Origin: Gammaproteobacteria bacterium
GTDB taxonomy: Bacteria > Pseudomonadota > Gammaproteobacteria > Arenicellales > JAOTWM01
Direction of reading: 5' to 3'
NCBI GenBank assembly: GCA_029862885.1
Contig: JAOTWM010000001.1
Coordinates: forward strand, 1-50,844
DNA: 50,844 nt
The notes beneath the pieces were generated by a model that was not told where the DNA came from, made no database searches, and worked only from the letters and a program-made list of their open reading frames with translations. A program made the translations under genes and the position numbers. Positions 38,703 to 48,202 of this stretch are shown here, piece by piece (the stretch's first letter is position 1; every line of letters begins with the position of its first letter).

Positions 38703-41700
38703 ATGAAAGAAATCATCACGAAAGGCCCATGGGTGATCTGGATTGGGATCGGCTATTGGTTGTCATGCGTCGTCCTGGCCGCATCAGTAGTCGGCGTGGC
38801 AACTTCGACGGCCGAGGCTGCGCCCCCAACCCCTGAAGAACGCGAAGCGAGACGCGAAGCTAAATCATGCGAACGTAAAGCAAGGAAGCATGGAGGCAAT
38901 TTCAATTGTGCCCCCGTGGCGCACGATGACGCCGTCGAGACGGAGGAGAATTCGGCGCCTGTCGTCCTAAACGTGCTCAGCAACGACACGGATGCGAATA
39001 GCGACCCGCTGACCATCACAAATCTGAACGGGCCGAGCGCGGGTGGCGGCATATCTTTGGTGAACGGCGCCACGCAGGTCGAGTACTGGCCGGCCGTGGG
39101 CTTCGTCGGACAGGAAACGTTCAGCTACACGGCGAATGACGGGACCGTGGATTCAGCGTTGCCGGCGACCGTTACCGTGACGGTGACGGAGATGAGTGGG
39201 GGAGGCAATTCCAACAGTGCTCCGGTGGCGAACGACGACTCCGTCGAGACTGAGAAAGATTCGGCGGCGGTCGTCCTGACGGTTCTCAGCAACGACACCG
39301 ATGCGGATAGCGACCCGCTCACCATCACAAATGTGAGCACACCCAGTGCGGGCGGCGGAGTGATATTAGTAAACGGTGCCACGCAGGTCGAGTACACGCC
39401 CGCAGCAGGATTCGCAGGGCAGGAGACCTTTAGCTACACGGCGAATGATGGGACCGTGGATTCAGAGTTGCCCGCGACCGTAACGGTCACTGTGACAGAA
39501 CTCGGTGATGGTGGCGAGTCCAACAGTGCCCCCGTGGCAAACAATGACTCCGTCGAGACGGAGGAAAATTCGGCCGCCGTCATTCTGACCGTGCTCAGCA
39601 ACGACTGGGATGCCGATAACGACCCACTGACCATCACGTCTTTGAGCACGCCGAGCGCGGGCGGTGGAGTATATTTGGTCAACGGCGCCACGCAAGTCGA
39701 ATACTGGCCGGCAACGGGCTTTACGGGGCAGGAAACCTTCAGCTACACGGCGAATGACGGGACCGTGGATTCAGCGCTGCCAGCGACCGTCACGGTGACG
39801 GTGACGGAAGCGACTGCCGAGGCTCCGGGTGGTACCGCGCGCGCGCTGTGGCAGACGTCGGTGCAACCGTTGCTCGCGAGCGAGTGCGGCTCGTGTCACG
39901 TGGGGGAACGCTTCGGTTTTGCCGCCCTGCAAGGGGCAGGTCCAACCTTCACGAGCGGCGAGACGGAAGTCAATTACCAACGTTTCCTCGATCTTATCTC
40001 GCTCGATGATCCCGCATCGAGTCGACTCTTGGGCAAGCCGCTGGACGAAACAAAGCCCAAGGGGCTGGTCCACGGTGGCGGTACTCTGTTCGATGAAACC
40101 TCCCCGACCTATACAGCCATCATGCAATGGATTCTCGAAGAAAAAGCGGAGCGCTGCCCGGACTGCGGATTAGACGCACCCGTCCAGTATCTTGCCTATG
40201 TAGAGCAACCGCGTATCTTCTGGGCCCTCGAGCGGGACCCGGTCCGGTCCGATCACGGATTGCGTGATCGTGCGCGGATCTTTCTCCAGCCGCTGCAACC
40301 GCAAACGCTCGCGCCCAACGGGCCGCCGATTGATTTTCTCGGTGAGTCCTTCTGCGGCGTCGACGGGAACTGTGATTTCGGTCATCTTGCGGCAAGTCAT
40401 GATGGTAGTAAACTGGCTTTCGAGTGCCGCATGGCCGAGCCCGGTGAGGACTGGTTTCCCGATGCCCGCTGGAACATATGTATTGCCGAGATCGGAGCGG
40501 ACGGGCGGGCGATCAACCCGCGTGTACTGCGGCCACAGGGGCGACACAGCGGCCAAACCATGTCACGCAGCGATCCGTTCGGTCTGTACTCGGCTGACGG
40601 CGGACCACTGAAGGGTGTTTGGGATCATCATTTCCAAGTCCGCCGTCGCGACGATCGCACGCCGGTCTTCGGCCCGAACGACGAATGGGTGTACCTGTCG
40701 AGCCGGGGACTCGATCCACGAACTGGTAGTGACGGCACACGCACGTATCACGGTTTCGAACACGTGAACAACATCGTCGCCGTACGTGCTGATGGCAGCG
40801 GGATACGTTCGGTGTATCGCAACGAAGGCGGGGAAGCGGACTTCCCGTTTTTTCGGAGCAACGGCATCCTCGTATTTCACACCTGGAATTTGGAACGGAT
40901 GGACCGTCATCTCTATACCCAATCCACGCCCGATGGAATGATGGAGTTGCCGGTATTTTTAGGCCGGGTGCAGGGCGAGAACCAGTGGGGAAAAGCCGTC
41001 GAGCTGGCGGGCGGAGCCGTGTTAGGTATGACCGGACGGCGCTTCGCATCCATCGATAACTATGTACCGTTCCTGGGTGAACACACCCTCGGCGCGGGGC
41101 TTGCGGGCAATCCATCGCCAATCGTCGTACTCGATCCCGTTGTCCATGAACAGATCGCATCATTTCCAAACGGGATGTGCAAAGAGCCCCCCAACGGCCC
41201 CAACTGCGTCATCGATCGCTACTACGAAGACCCTGCTTACGCCCCCGATGGCCGTGCATACATCGCGCACAATCCCGAACCCACTTATGTCCTGCAAGGA
41301 GAAGCCATGTATGGGGCCTACGGCAGTGGCTCGTCGTACACGCCGGCTCGGCTGGGCATCTATTTGATCGATACCCAAGGCAGCTTGGAGTCGGTGCTCG
41401 AGCCAACTGACGGAACGATGTTCCGTTATCCGACCTGGGTGGGCCGCCGTCAGCCGCCGCGCGCCCAGCCGGTTATCACTGACGAGAGTCAGGACAGCAG
41501 TATTCTGCATATTGCCGATGTGCCGCTGTGGCTGACATACCGGCGCGGGCCGGATCATACGGGCGGGACCAGCAAAGCCAACCACATGGCGCTGCTCGAT
41601 ACGATCGTCGCGCTGCGCATACTGGTCAAGGAAATGGACGGCAACGCCTGCACGGACGACGGGCGGCCTTATCGATTTGCGGTGAACGCGGGATATTACG

Positions 41701-42779
41701 ACCACCCGACCCACCTCGGTATCAACAACGCTACCGGTTATAAGCGTCTGGCATTGCCGGTCAATCTGGGCGGGGATGCCTGGGGTGATGTGCCGTTACA
41801 GGCCGACAAGTCGGTGAATCTACGCTTGCCGGCAGGCGAATTACTATTATTCCAGGGAATTGATGCCGACGGCCACGTCGTAGCCCAGCATGCCCGAGTC
41901 TTTGCCATGCCGCCAGGCCACCAAGTGGATACGTCGGTGAAGCGGCCGCAGTACGATGCGCAGTGCGCCTCCTGTCACGGGTCTGTCGATTCGGGCAGTG
42001 CGTTCGTGCCTTTAACGAGCTTTGAAAGCGCACCGTTCGTACCCATGGATTTCACAACAATTGCATCAAGCCAAGCGCCGGTTGACCTGACCGCTTCGGC
42101 TGTGGAACAGCAAAGGATGACATTCCTACATCGCATCCGTCCCCGGCTGGATCGCGACTGTGTCGCCTGCCACAGCGGACCTTCGCCGGCGGGCGAACTG
42201 AGTCTGGAGTCGTCGTATTCGGCGACGGCGAACTACCCTGCGGGCAAGTGGGCAGCAACTTATCTCGCCGACAGTGCCTACTTGAGCTTCGTTCCACCAG
42301 CTGAACGTGTCTCAGGCTACAATTACTCGGTCGCCTGGTCGTGGCTGATGCGTCAAGACCAAAACGAGTACAAGAACCACCCGGCCTATGCCGATCTTCT
42401 GGCCGGCTACAGCCCCGTGGGTGATCTGGCGCCCTGGGATCCGGCTTATCAAAACTTGTTCGCCAACGACGGCAGTGTATTCGTGTACTTGAGTGGCAAT
42501 CGGCACTCGAGCTTCGGCCGCAGCGACCGCACCAATGGGAATTCACGCGACAGCTGGTTGTTGGAGATTCTGTCCGGCCGGGATCTGTCTCCGGCCCGCG
42601 ATTTCACCGGTCCAGACCACACCGGCTATTTCAGCGAAGGAGAAATCCGCGACCTGATGGGGGTAATCGATGTTGGCTTTCCTTATATGGCGCGCTGCGA
42701 CGACAAGACAATTCCGTCGGGGCCAAATTCAGGGAAACCTTGGGGAGATCCCGTTTCGCAATCTTATCCTGGTGGTTAG
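38703..42779 (+). CDS. Large secreted/anchored protein: 3 cadherin/VCBS-like repeats plus a C-terminal ~980-aa region with three CxxCH heme-c motifs and beta-propeller-like signatures
   Basis: The ATG at 38703 precedes a hydrophobic signal/anchor (WVIWIGIGYWLSCVVLAASVVGVATSTAEA). Three 103-aa repeats follow. CxxCH motifs are CGSCH (39885-39899), CASCH (41964-41978) and CVACH (42159-42173). The ORF is unbroken for 4.1 kb. Confidence 0.8.
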   Translation: MKEIITKGPWVIWIGIGYWLSCVVLAASVVGVATSTAEAAPPTPEEREARREAKSCERKARKHGGNFNCAPVAHDDAVETEENSAPVVLNVLSNDTDANSDPLTITNLNGPSAGGGISLVNGATQVEYWPAVGFVGQETFSYTANDGTVDSALPATVTVTVTEMSGGGNSNSAPVANDDSVETEKDSAAVVLTVLSNDTDADSDPLTITNVSTPSAGGGVILVNGATQVEYTPAAGFAGQETFSYTANDGTVDSELPATVTVTVTELGDGGESNSAPVANNDSVETEENSAAVILTVLSNDWDADNDPLTITSLSTPSAGGGVYLVNGATQVEYWPATGFTGQETFSYTANDGTVDSALPATVTVTVTEATAEAPGGTARALWQTSVQPLLASECGSCHVGERFGFAALQGAGPTFTSGETEVNYQRFLDLISLDDPASSRLLGKPLDETKPKGLVHGGGTLFDETSPTYTAIMQWILEEKAERCPDCGLDAPVQYLAYVEQPRIFWALERDPVRSDHGLRDRARIFLQPLQPQTLAPNGPPIDFLGESFCGVDGNCDFGHLAASHDGSKLAFECRMAEPGEDWFPDARWNICIAEIGADGRAINPRVLRPQGRHSGQTMSRSDPFGLYSADGGPLKGVWDHHFQVRRRDDRTPVFGPNDEWVYLSSRGLDPRTGSDGTRTYHGFEHVNNIVAVRADGSGIRSVYRNEGGEADFPFFRSNGILVFHTWNLERMDRHLYTQSTPDGMMELPVFLGRVQGENQWGKAVELAGGAVLGMTGRRFASIDNYVPFLGEHTLGAGLAGNPSPIVVLDPVVHEQIASFPNGMCKEPPNGPNCVIDRYYEDPAYAPDGRAYIAHNPEPTYVLQGEAMYGAYGSGSSYTPARLGIYLIDTQGSLESVLEPTDGTMFRYPTWVGRRQPPRAQPVITDESQDSSILHIADVPLWLTYRRGPDHTGGTSKANHMALLDTIVALRILVKEMDGNACTDDGRPYRFAVNAGYYDHPTHLGINNATGYKRLALPVNLGGDAWGDVPLQADKSVNLRLPAGELLLFQGIDADGHVVAQHARVFAMPPGHQVDTSVKRPQYDAQCASCHGSVDSGSAFVPLTSFESAPFVPMDFTTIASSQAPVDLTASAVEQQRMTFLHRIRPRLDRDCVACHSGPSPAGELSLESSYSATANYPAGKWAATYLADSAYLSFVPPAERVSGYNYSVAWSWLMRQDQNEYKNHPAYADLLAGYSPVGDLAPWDPAYQNLFANDGSVFVYLSGNRHSSFGRSDRTNGNSRDSWLLEILSGRDLSPARDFTGPDHTGYFSEGEIRDLMGVIDVGFPYMARCDDKTIPSGPNSGKPWGDPVSQSYPGG
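38904..39809 (+). repeat. Three tandem 309-bp coding repeats (cadherin-like domains)
   Basis: Repeat units begin at 38904, 39213 and 39522, an exact 309-nt period. Long identical blocks are shared, e.g. TTCAGCTACACGGCGAATGACGGGACCGTGGATTCAG. Confidence 0.9.
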
Positions 42780-42791
42780 TGCGAAACCCGT

Positions 42792-43886
42792 CTACTTCGC
42801 AACATACTTGGTTCGAGTGTCAGGCCAGAAATCTACCTGCTGGAGTCGGAGAGAACGGTGCGCTTGATAGCATGTGATCAAATCTACGCAAAAACCCGCT
42901 ATTGCTACTGGGAAGTAACCGATCCTGCTCAGGCCACCCAGCAGCTTCAATCGGCGAAACCGAAAGGTTAATGCGTCGGGATATAGGTTCCAGAAACGGG
43001 TTGTGGACCTGACATATTCCTTGAAAGGGCGTATACACCATTCCGGATCTAAAGTTTCCCGGTTCATAACGGTTTCAGCGAACCTGTAACGATCATCTCT
43101 GGATAGTCGAGGTAAGAATTGTTCACATAGGAAGTAAGTAATAGTCTGGGCTACCTTCTGTCGTTTTTGATTATTTAAAACATCCCCTATCGCTGTGTAC
43201 GCCTGAAACACGTGCGAAGCGTCCTGGGTCCGCGCGATACGGTTAGAATTAGACTCAGCAGTCAATAGGTCAGTACAAACGAGCGTCTTAATAAAACCAT
43301 CCTCGACTAAAAGCCCTCGCGGCAACCGGATTTTGCGGGCCATAGACGCCCTGATGCAGTAGAGCTGGCCTGTCAACTGAGCGGATCCTGCCTGAGTCAT
43401 CTTTGAGGTGCCCAGGGAAATCAGCCGGGTCAACGGCGAGGCCGCTCCGTGTTTCACGTCCTTGACCGGCTGATCTGTCGATACTTGGGCGAACGAATCC
43501 GTCTCCAAAGCGATTAGCATGGACCACATCGCGTCCCGCTCATTGACGAGAATGTCGGCATCCATCAGGAACAGATAGTCGGCCTCATTATTCGAGAGTT
43601 CATGAACGAAGACGTTCCAGGCATTCACCTTCCCCCTCTCTTTCAGCTCGACTACCTGACACCGAACGTCTTCTGGAATTTTGATTTTCGTCGATTGTGA
43701 ATTATCGAATACGGCCTGTGCCAGCTCTTGTGTTCTATCAGTGCACCCATTTGCTACGACGAGGACTTCCGTCTTGCCCCCGCGATCGCTGACAAGACGG
43801 AAAATACTTTGTCGGAACAAAGAACCAAGGGTGGCTTCAATGGACTCTTCTTCGTTCCAGGTAAGAACACCGATCGATATAAACAT
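42792..43886 (-). CDS. GT2 family glycosyltransferase
   Basis: 364 aa with ISIGVLTWNEEESIEATLGSL, VLVVANGCTDRT and FLMDADI (DxD) motifs. Confidence 0.85.
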   Translation of the reverse strand: MFISIGVLTWNEEESIEATLGSLFRQSIFRLVSDRGGKTEVLVVANGCTDRTQELAQAVFDNSQSTKIKIPEDVRCQVVELKERGKVNAWNVFVHELSNNEADYLFLMDADILVNERDAMWSMLIALETDSFAQVSTDQPVKDVKHGAASPLTRLISLGTSKMTQAGSAQLTGQLYCIRASMARKIRLPRGLLVEDGFIKTLVCTDLLTAESNSNRIARTQDASHVFQAYTAIGDVLNNQKRQKVAQTITYFLCEQFLPRLSRDDRYRFAETVMNRETLDPEWCIRPFKEYVRSTTRFWNLYPDALTFRFRRLKLLGGLSRIGYFPVAIAGFCVDLITCYQAHRSLRLQQVDFWPDTRTKYVAK

Positions 43887-43981
43887 TCTTTAATTTTAAT
43901 TAGCCGGCCGGGGCGATAGCCTCAAATAACTCGCTCGCTGAGTTCGTAGTTATCCATATAGCCATAAATTGTATTCGAAAC

Positions 43982-44239
43982 TTAAGCTTTAGTCCTGATG
44001 TAAGAAGTATTGCATCGCACCCGTTTAAGCACGTAATAATTATTGTCGGCGAGTATTTCGTGAATCTGTTCTTTCTGTTCCTCGACGGTCTCACAGGCAA
44101 TCATTTCCGGGCGATGTGTTTCCCAACCAATTTCTTGTAATCCTTGAAAATTATGACCCTCTGTATCGATCGTGAATAAGTCAACATGCTGTAGCGATGC
44201 ATACTTCTCACCATCCTTATTGCTAACTCCGCTAGTTGG
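43982..44239 (-). pseudogene. C-terminal fragment of an FkbM-family methyltransferase
   Basis: The open frame after a TAA reads PTSGVSNKDGEKYASLQHVDLFTIDTEGHNFQGLQEIGWETHRPEMIACE...YYVLKR. The FkbM-type xDLLKIDxEGxE motif is present, but the N-terminal 2/3 and the start codon are missing. Confidence 0.5.
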
Positions 44240-44295
44240 TTAGTTGGATATCCCCAGGGCGGAATTTCCTGTGTTTTCCAAGACAACAAGAACGG

Positions 44296-46875
44296 TCAGG
44301 GAAGATACCAACGCCCAAACAACACTTTTGGGCGGCGTGGCTTGGCCGGCAATGCCGACGCATCTGGTGACCAGTTGTCCGGTGCAAGCATAGCGGTGGT
44401 GAAGATCGTCGACGCCATGGTTTCCTGGATGGTGAACTCGTTTTGCCCAACGTTGACATGCGGATGTACCATCCAGCGCCGCCACAGTGGCGGGCTACGT
44501 TGCGATTCGTGGCTAATAAAATCGACGGTGCCGGCTTGCGTAGGCGATTGCCACACTGTTTCGCGAAACTTGTGGTAGACCGGTCCACCGGTAATACCGT
44601 AGATCGTAATGCCCGGAACCGGATCGACGATGCCGTCGGTCTCGCTCATCTCGTGCTGAATGTCAATTGGGTAAACGAAACCGAGACCGGTGGTCCAGGA
44701 CATGCCCATGGGGTTGGCACCGAACATGAAATCGGTGTTCACGATGGCGGCATCGCGGTATTTCGGGTCATCGGTCAGCTGGTAGGCGATGAACAGAGCC
44801 CGGTTGAAGTTCGTCATGTCGCTATTTCCCCAGGCAGCCCAGTAATCCTGCTTGCGGGGCCACGTGACGGCGTACGGCGACTCATCGAGGTGCGCGACGA
44901 GGGCGTCTGCGTCACGGATGAACCATTTGCGCCATTGCTTGCCAAGCCCCCGGGGCAGCGCGTGGGTGGCCTCGATGAGGCTAAAGTAGATCCAGGGAGA
45001 AAAATCCTTGCGTGAGAAGTGCCACTCGTAGGGCCTGTGGCTCATCTTCGCTAAGCGCCGCACGCCTTCTAGATAGGGTAGTTCGCCGGTGAGGAGAAAA
45101 AGTCGGAGCTTCGCATGAAGAAGATACGGCTCAATGTGCTCGTCGGTCTCGGCCCAATGTATTGTGTACGGCTCGCCCCTACCGCGCTTGCGCTTAGCGT
45201 GGATAACCGTCTGCCCGAGCGAGTTGGACGGATCATTGCCAAAAGCGTAGGCACGGTCTGCAGCATCTCGGTAGAGAGTGGCATCCACGGAATCGAATGG
45301 GGCGACCAACTGGGCGTATTGAGCCGCAGCCGCAGCGAAGATAAGTGACGACCAGCGCGTCCGCTGTGAAAACGCATAATCCACTTCCTCGTTATTGATG
45401 TCTGGATGGGTCCATGTCTCGAGCATGCCCGAGACACCGCCCCGGCTGTCCATGCTGTGTCGCCAGATCTCTAATCCGTAACGCGCCTCGTCCAGGATAT
45501 CGGGTATGCCATTGCCGGACTCGGGCAAGTCGAGTTGCCCGTCGGTGAAACGCTTTGGCGCCAGTGCGTAAGCATTGAGTAAGTCAAACACAACCGTGTA
45601 ATGGGCATCGTTCGAATCCCAATCGGCCGCGTCGTGCCAACCACCAGCGACTTCTTCAGTCTGCGTAGAACGATCGATCGTAGCGCCAATCACATCGAAC
45701 CGATCGTAGTCCTTGGGGCCGCCGGTATGGCGGGGGAAGGCGATATGCTCGGATTCGTAGTAGGGCGCCATTGGCGCTTTGCGCCGTGTCCATTGTGAGT
45801 GTTGCAGGGTAATCGCAGAGCCGGCCCGTTGGTGATAGAGCCCGCGTGCAGCGGTGTAAAATGCCGGCCCATACACCGACGCACTGTGTCGAAAAGGCCA
45901 TGACCGACCGACGCCGGGCACGCTGATAAAAAACACGCCCTCGTCTTTGAGTTCAGTAAAGTCAGCAACGTGGACATCCTCGCCATACATCAAGGGGCGG
46001 GATGAAGGGTTCTGCGAGTCATCCTTGGGCGCGAATCGCGGATTGGCCTCCAATAACTCCAAAGAGCCTTTCAACGCAACTTCGCCGCTCCTCGCGTTGA
46101 TCACCTCAAAGCGATCGGCATACGATAAATCCATAGGGCCGAACCGATACAAATAGGCACCAAGATAGGCCTGCTTCCGCCCCGCCTCCGGCAGGTAGCC
46201 GACTTGATTTACCTTGATCGCCCGAGAGACCGTGGTTTTGCGATCGAACACGAACGAGACCTTCTTTCCGTCACCCAACTTGATCTCATAGTGCGCGCCG
46301 TCGCGCATCGGTCTGGGGAATAATAGGTAGCTGTAGACACGGTAATCGATGTTGAACACGCCGCCGCTGGTCCGGTTCATGCCCGCAGAGACGAGCAATC
46401 GGTCCGCCTGGGCTGGGCGTGTCGGCTGGGTGTAGCGATCGTCGTCCGGGCTTCGGATGCTGAAAAAGCTTGCCTGTCCCAAAAGCCGCTCGCCGATGGC
46501 TTCGCGGGCTTCGGCCACATGCTTGTCGCGGACCTTCCAACGCTCACGATACGCACCCCAATTCGGACGCCCTTCCTTTTCGCTGTTTTCCCAGAGTTCG
46601 ACAGTTTGACGAAGTTTACCGTTGGACCGGAGATCGATTTCTTTGAAAAGTTCCTGCATCTTATTGGTGACCACGATCACCCAGCGGTCTGAGAGCACCA
46701 GCAGTTGCTCGACGCCGTCGTAGTCCGGGATGTGGATCGGGTGCATGCCCTCAAGCGTATCGGGAATTGGCGCTAGCGACATTTCAGAACCGCCGAGCCC
46801 ATCGGCCGCAGCAGGCGTCAGCACGATACGGACAATGATCAATGCGATCAGGATCCCAATGATGTTCCTACACAT
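44296..46875 (-). CDS. Secreted glycoside hydrolase family 9-like protein with Ig-like and extra N-terminal domains
   Basis: 859 aa with a signal peptide. An Ig-like segment reads VNQVGYLP..KQAYLGAY...FEVINARSGEVALKGSL. GGWHDAADWD (45616-45645) corresponds to the GH9 GGWYDAGD motif. A C-terminal VGQNEFTIQETMA string matches the NE acid motif. Confidence 0.6.
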   Translation of the reverse strand: MCRNIIGILIALIIVRIVLTPAAADGLGGSEMSLAPIPDTLEGMHPIHIPDYDGVEQLLVLSDRWVIVVTNKMQELFKEIDLRSNGKLRQTVELWENSEKEGRPNWGAYRERWKVRDKHVAEAREAIGERLLGQASFFSIRSPDDDRYTQPTRPAQADRLLVSAGMNRTSGGVFNIDYRVYSYLLFPRPMRDGAHYEIKLGDGKKVSFVFDRKTTVSRAIKVNQVGYLPEAGRKQAYLGAYLYRFGPMDLSYADRFEVINARSGEVALKGSLELLEANPRFAPKDDSQNPSSRPLMYGEDVHVADFTELKDEGVFFISVPGVGRSWPFRHSASVYGPAFYTAARGLYHQRAGSAITLQHSQWTRRKAPMAPYYESEHIAFPRHTGGPKDYDRFDVIGATIDRSTQTEEVAGGWHDAADWDSNDAHYTVVFDLLNAYALAPKRFTDGQLDLPESGNGIPDILDEARYGLEIWRHSMDSRGGVSGMLETWTHPDINNEEVDYAFSQRTRWSSLIFAAAAAQYAQLVAPFDSVDATLYRDAADRAYAFGNDPSNSLGQTVIHAKRKRGRGEPYTIHWAETDEHIEPYLLHAKLRLFLLTGELPYLEGVRRLAKMSHRPYEWHFSRKDFSPWIYFSLIEATHALPRGLGKQWRKWFIRDADALVAHLDESPYAVTWPRKQDYWAAWGNSDMTNFNRALFIAYQLTDDPKYRDAAIVNTDFMFGANPMGMSWTTGLGFVYPIDIQHEMSETDGIVDPVPGITIYGITGGPVYHKFRETVWQSPTQAGTVDFISHESQRSPPLWRRWMVHPHVNVGQNEFTIQETMASTIFTTAMLAPDNWSPDASALPAKPRRPKVLFGRWYLP

Positions 46876-47044
46876 TAAATAGTCTTTTCGATAACTCGCA
46901 CAAGATCAGTCGCCGACTCTGGCGGTGTTCTCCTCGAGGCTCGGGCGTTCCGGTGAGTGGCGGAATATTAAATTACCAGTTTCCGGTGCTCGTGGATAAG
47001 GGATCTTGTAGCCCGTCACTGTGTAGTACCCCCTTTGTGCCAAT

Positions 47045-48190
47045 TTAACCAGAGATGTGCCCTCGCGCCAATGCGACAAGCAACTCTTCAATCCGATTAA
47101 CGTGCGTGGCGTATGGGAAACGTGCCATTACGTACTCATGGGCGCACTTCCCCGCATGAGGGTCTTCCAACATCCGGGACGCAGCGCTGACTAGACTTTT
47201 GAGAGAACCGGGACTGAACAGGAGTCCACCCCGGCCGTGCGCAAGCCACTCGGGTATGCCGCCGTGCGCGGCTCCAACGACAGGGCGTGCGCGTCGCATC
47301 GCTTCAATGCCCGTCATCCCGAACGGTTCCGGCCAGCGCGCAGGCACCAGCACGACAGATGCCCGATCATAGACTTTGTGGAGCTCAGCGGGCGGCACGT
47401 AGCCGAGGAAGCGTATGCGACCGGGAGCAATTCGTTGCGCCATCGTCTCGAGAGCATCGCGGGATGAACCTTCTCCTGCTACCTCGAGCACGCAGTCGGA
47501 GGGCAGCTTGTCCACTGCCCGAATCGCCAAGTCCACCCCCTTCCCCCGCAATAACTGGCCAACCACAAGAAGCCTCTGTTCCGTCGGCCGAGGGACGCAT
47601 GGTTGAGGATCCTCGGGAGGCACAGGGTGCACTACATGAACACGACCGGGGTCGGCGCCCGCGCGGATCAAATTCGTAGCAACGTAACCGCTGCACGCCA
47701 CCAGCGGCCCACGAGCGGCCAGTGACGCTAAACGCCCACGCAGGGAGAATGGGTTGCGCAACCGGATCGGAAGACGCGCGTCAACGCGTCTATCGCGTAT
47801 TACACAGCAACCGTAGACAGCACAGGCGATACCTGGAGTACGATGGCACGGTTGCAACGTCAACGGTAAATAACGATGGGTGCGCGGGCACGTGTGTATA
47901 TGGTCATGCACAGCGATCATGGTCGGAGTGGCACCGAGTAAGATCAGCTCATCCGGATCGGCGGCGCGGTGAACATACACGACATCTAAATCCACGACGC
48001 AGGCCGCGTCCGCGGCCGACACTACGCTATCAAACGCGCTACCGTATTTATCTGGATCGCGCCCGTTGTTCCCCTGGTGGATCAGGCGCAAAGTGTGACC
48101 CTTTTTCTTGAGTGCGCGAGATAGTTCCCACGCGTACCTTTCGACACCGCCCACAAAGCCGAAGTTCGGTACCATCATGCCGATGTGCAA
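47045..48190 (-). CDS. GT4 family glycosyltransferase
   Basis: 381 aa with the N-terminus MHIGMMVPNFGFVGGVERYAWELSRALKKKGH and the C-terminal motif PARWPEPFGMTGIEAMRRARPVV. Confidence 0.85.
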   Translation of the reverse strand: MHIGMMVPNFGFVGGVERYAWELSRALKKKGHTLRLIHQGNNGRDPDKYGSAFDSVVSAADAACVVDLDVVYVHRAADPDELILLGATPTMIAVHDHIHTCPRTHRYLPLTLQPCHRTPGIACAVYGCCVIRDRRVDARLPIRLRNPFSLRGRLASLAARGPLVACSGYVATNLIRAGADPGRVHVVHPVPPEDPQPCVPRPTEQRLLVVGQLLRGKGVDLAIRAVDKLPSDCVLEVAGEGSSRDALETMAQRIAPGRIRFLGYVPPAELHKVYDRASVVLVPARWPEPFGMTGIEAMRRARPVVGAAHGGIPEWLAHGRGGLLFSPGSLKSLVSAASRMLEDPHAGKCAHEYVMARFPYATHVNRIEELLVALARGHISG

Positions 48191-48202
48191 GGTATCGTCG
48201 AC

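Noticed and set aside
38904-39809. Tandem repeats as a CRISPR or satellite array
   Set aside because: The units are 309 bp, directly abutting with no spacers. They are in-frame within a long ORF and encode a folded domain.
40513-41714. 218-aa and 184-aa minus-strand ORFs inside the giant gene. Similar antisense ORFs occur at 17751-18410, 20616-21263 and 7914-8402.
   Set aside because: All are opposite long, motif-bearing genes and have Arg/Pro-rich junk-like translations. No start context or family signal is present.
42700-42779. PEP-CTERM sorting signal at the C-terminus of the giant protein
   Set aside because: The C-terminus (…PNSGKPWGDPVSQSYPGG) has no PEP motif, no hydrophobic helix and no basic tail.
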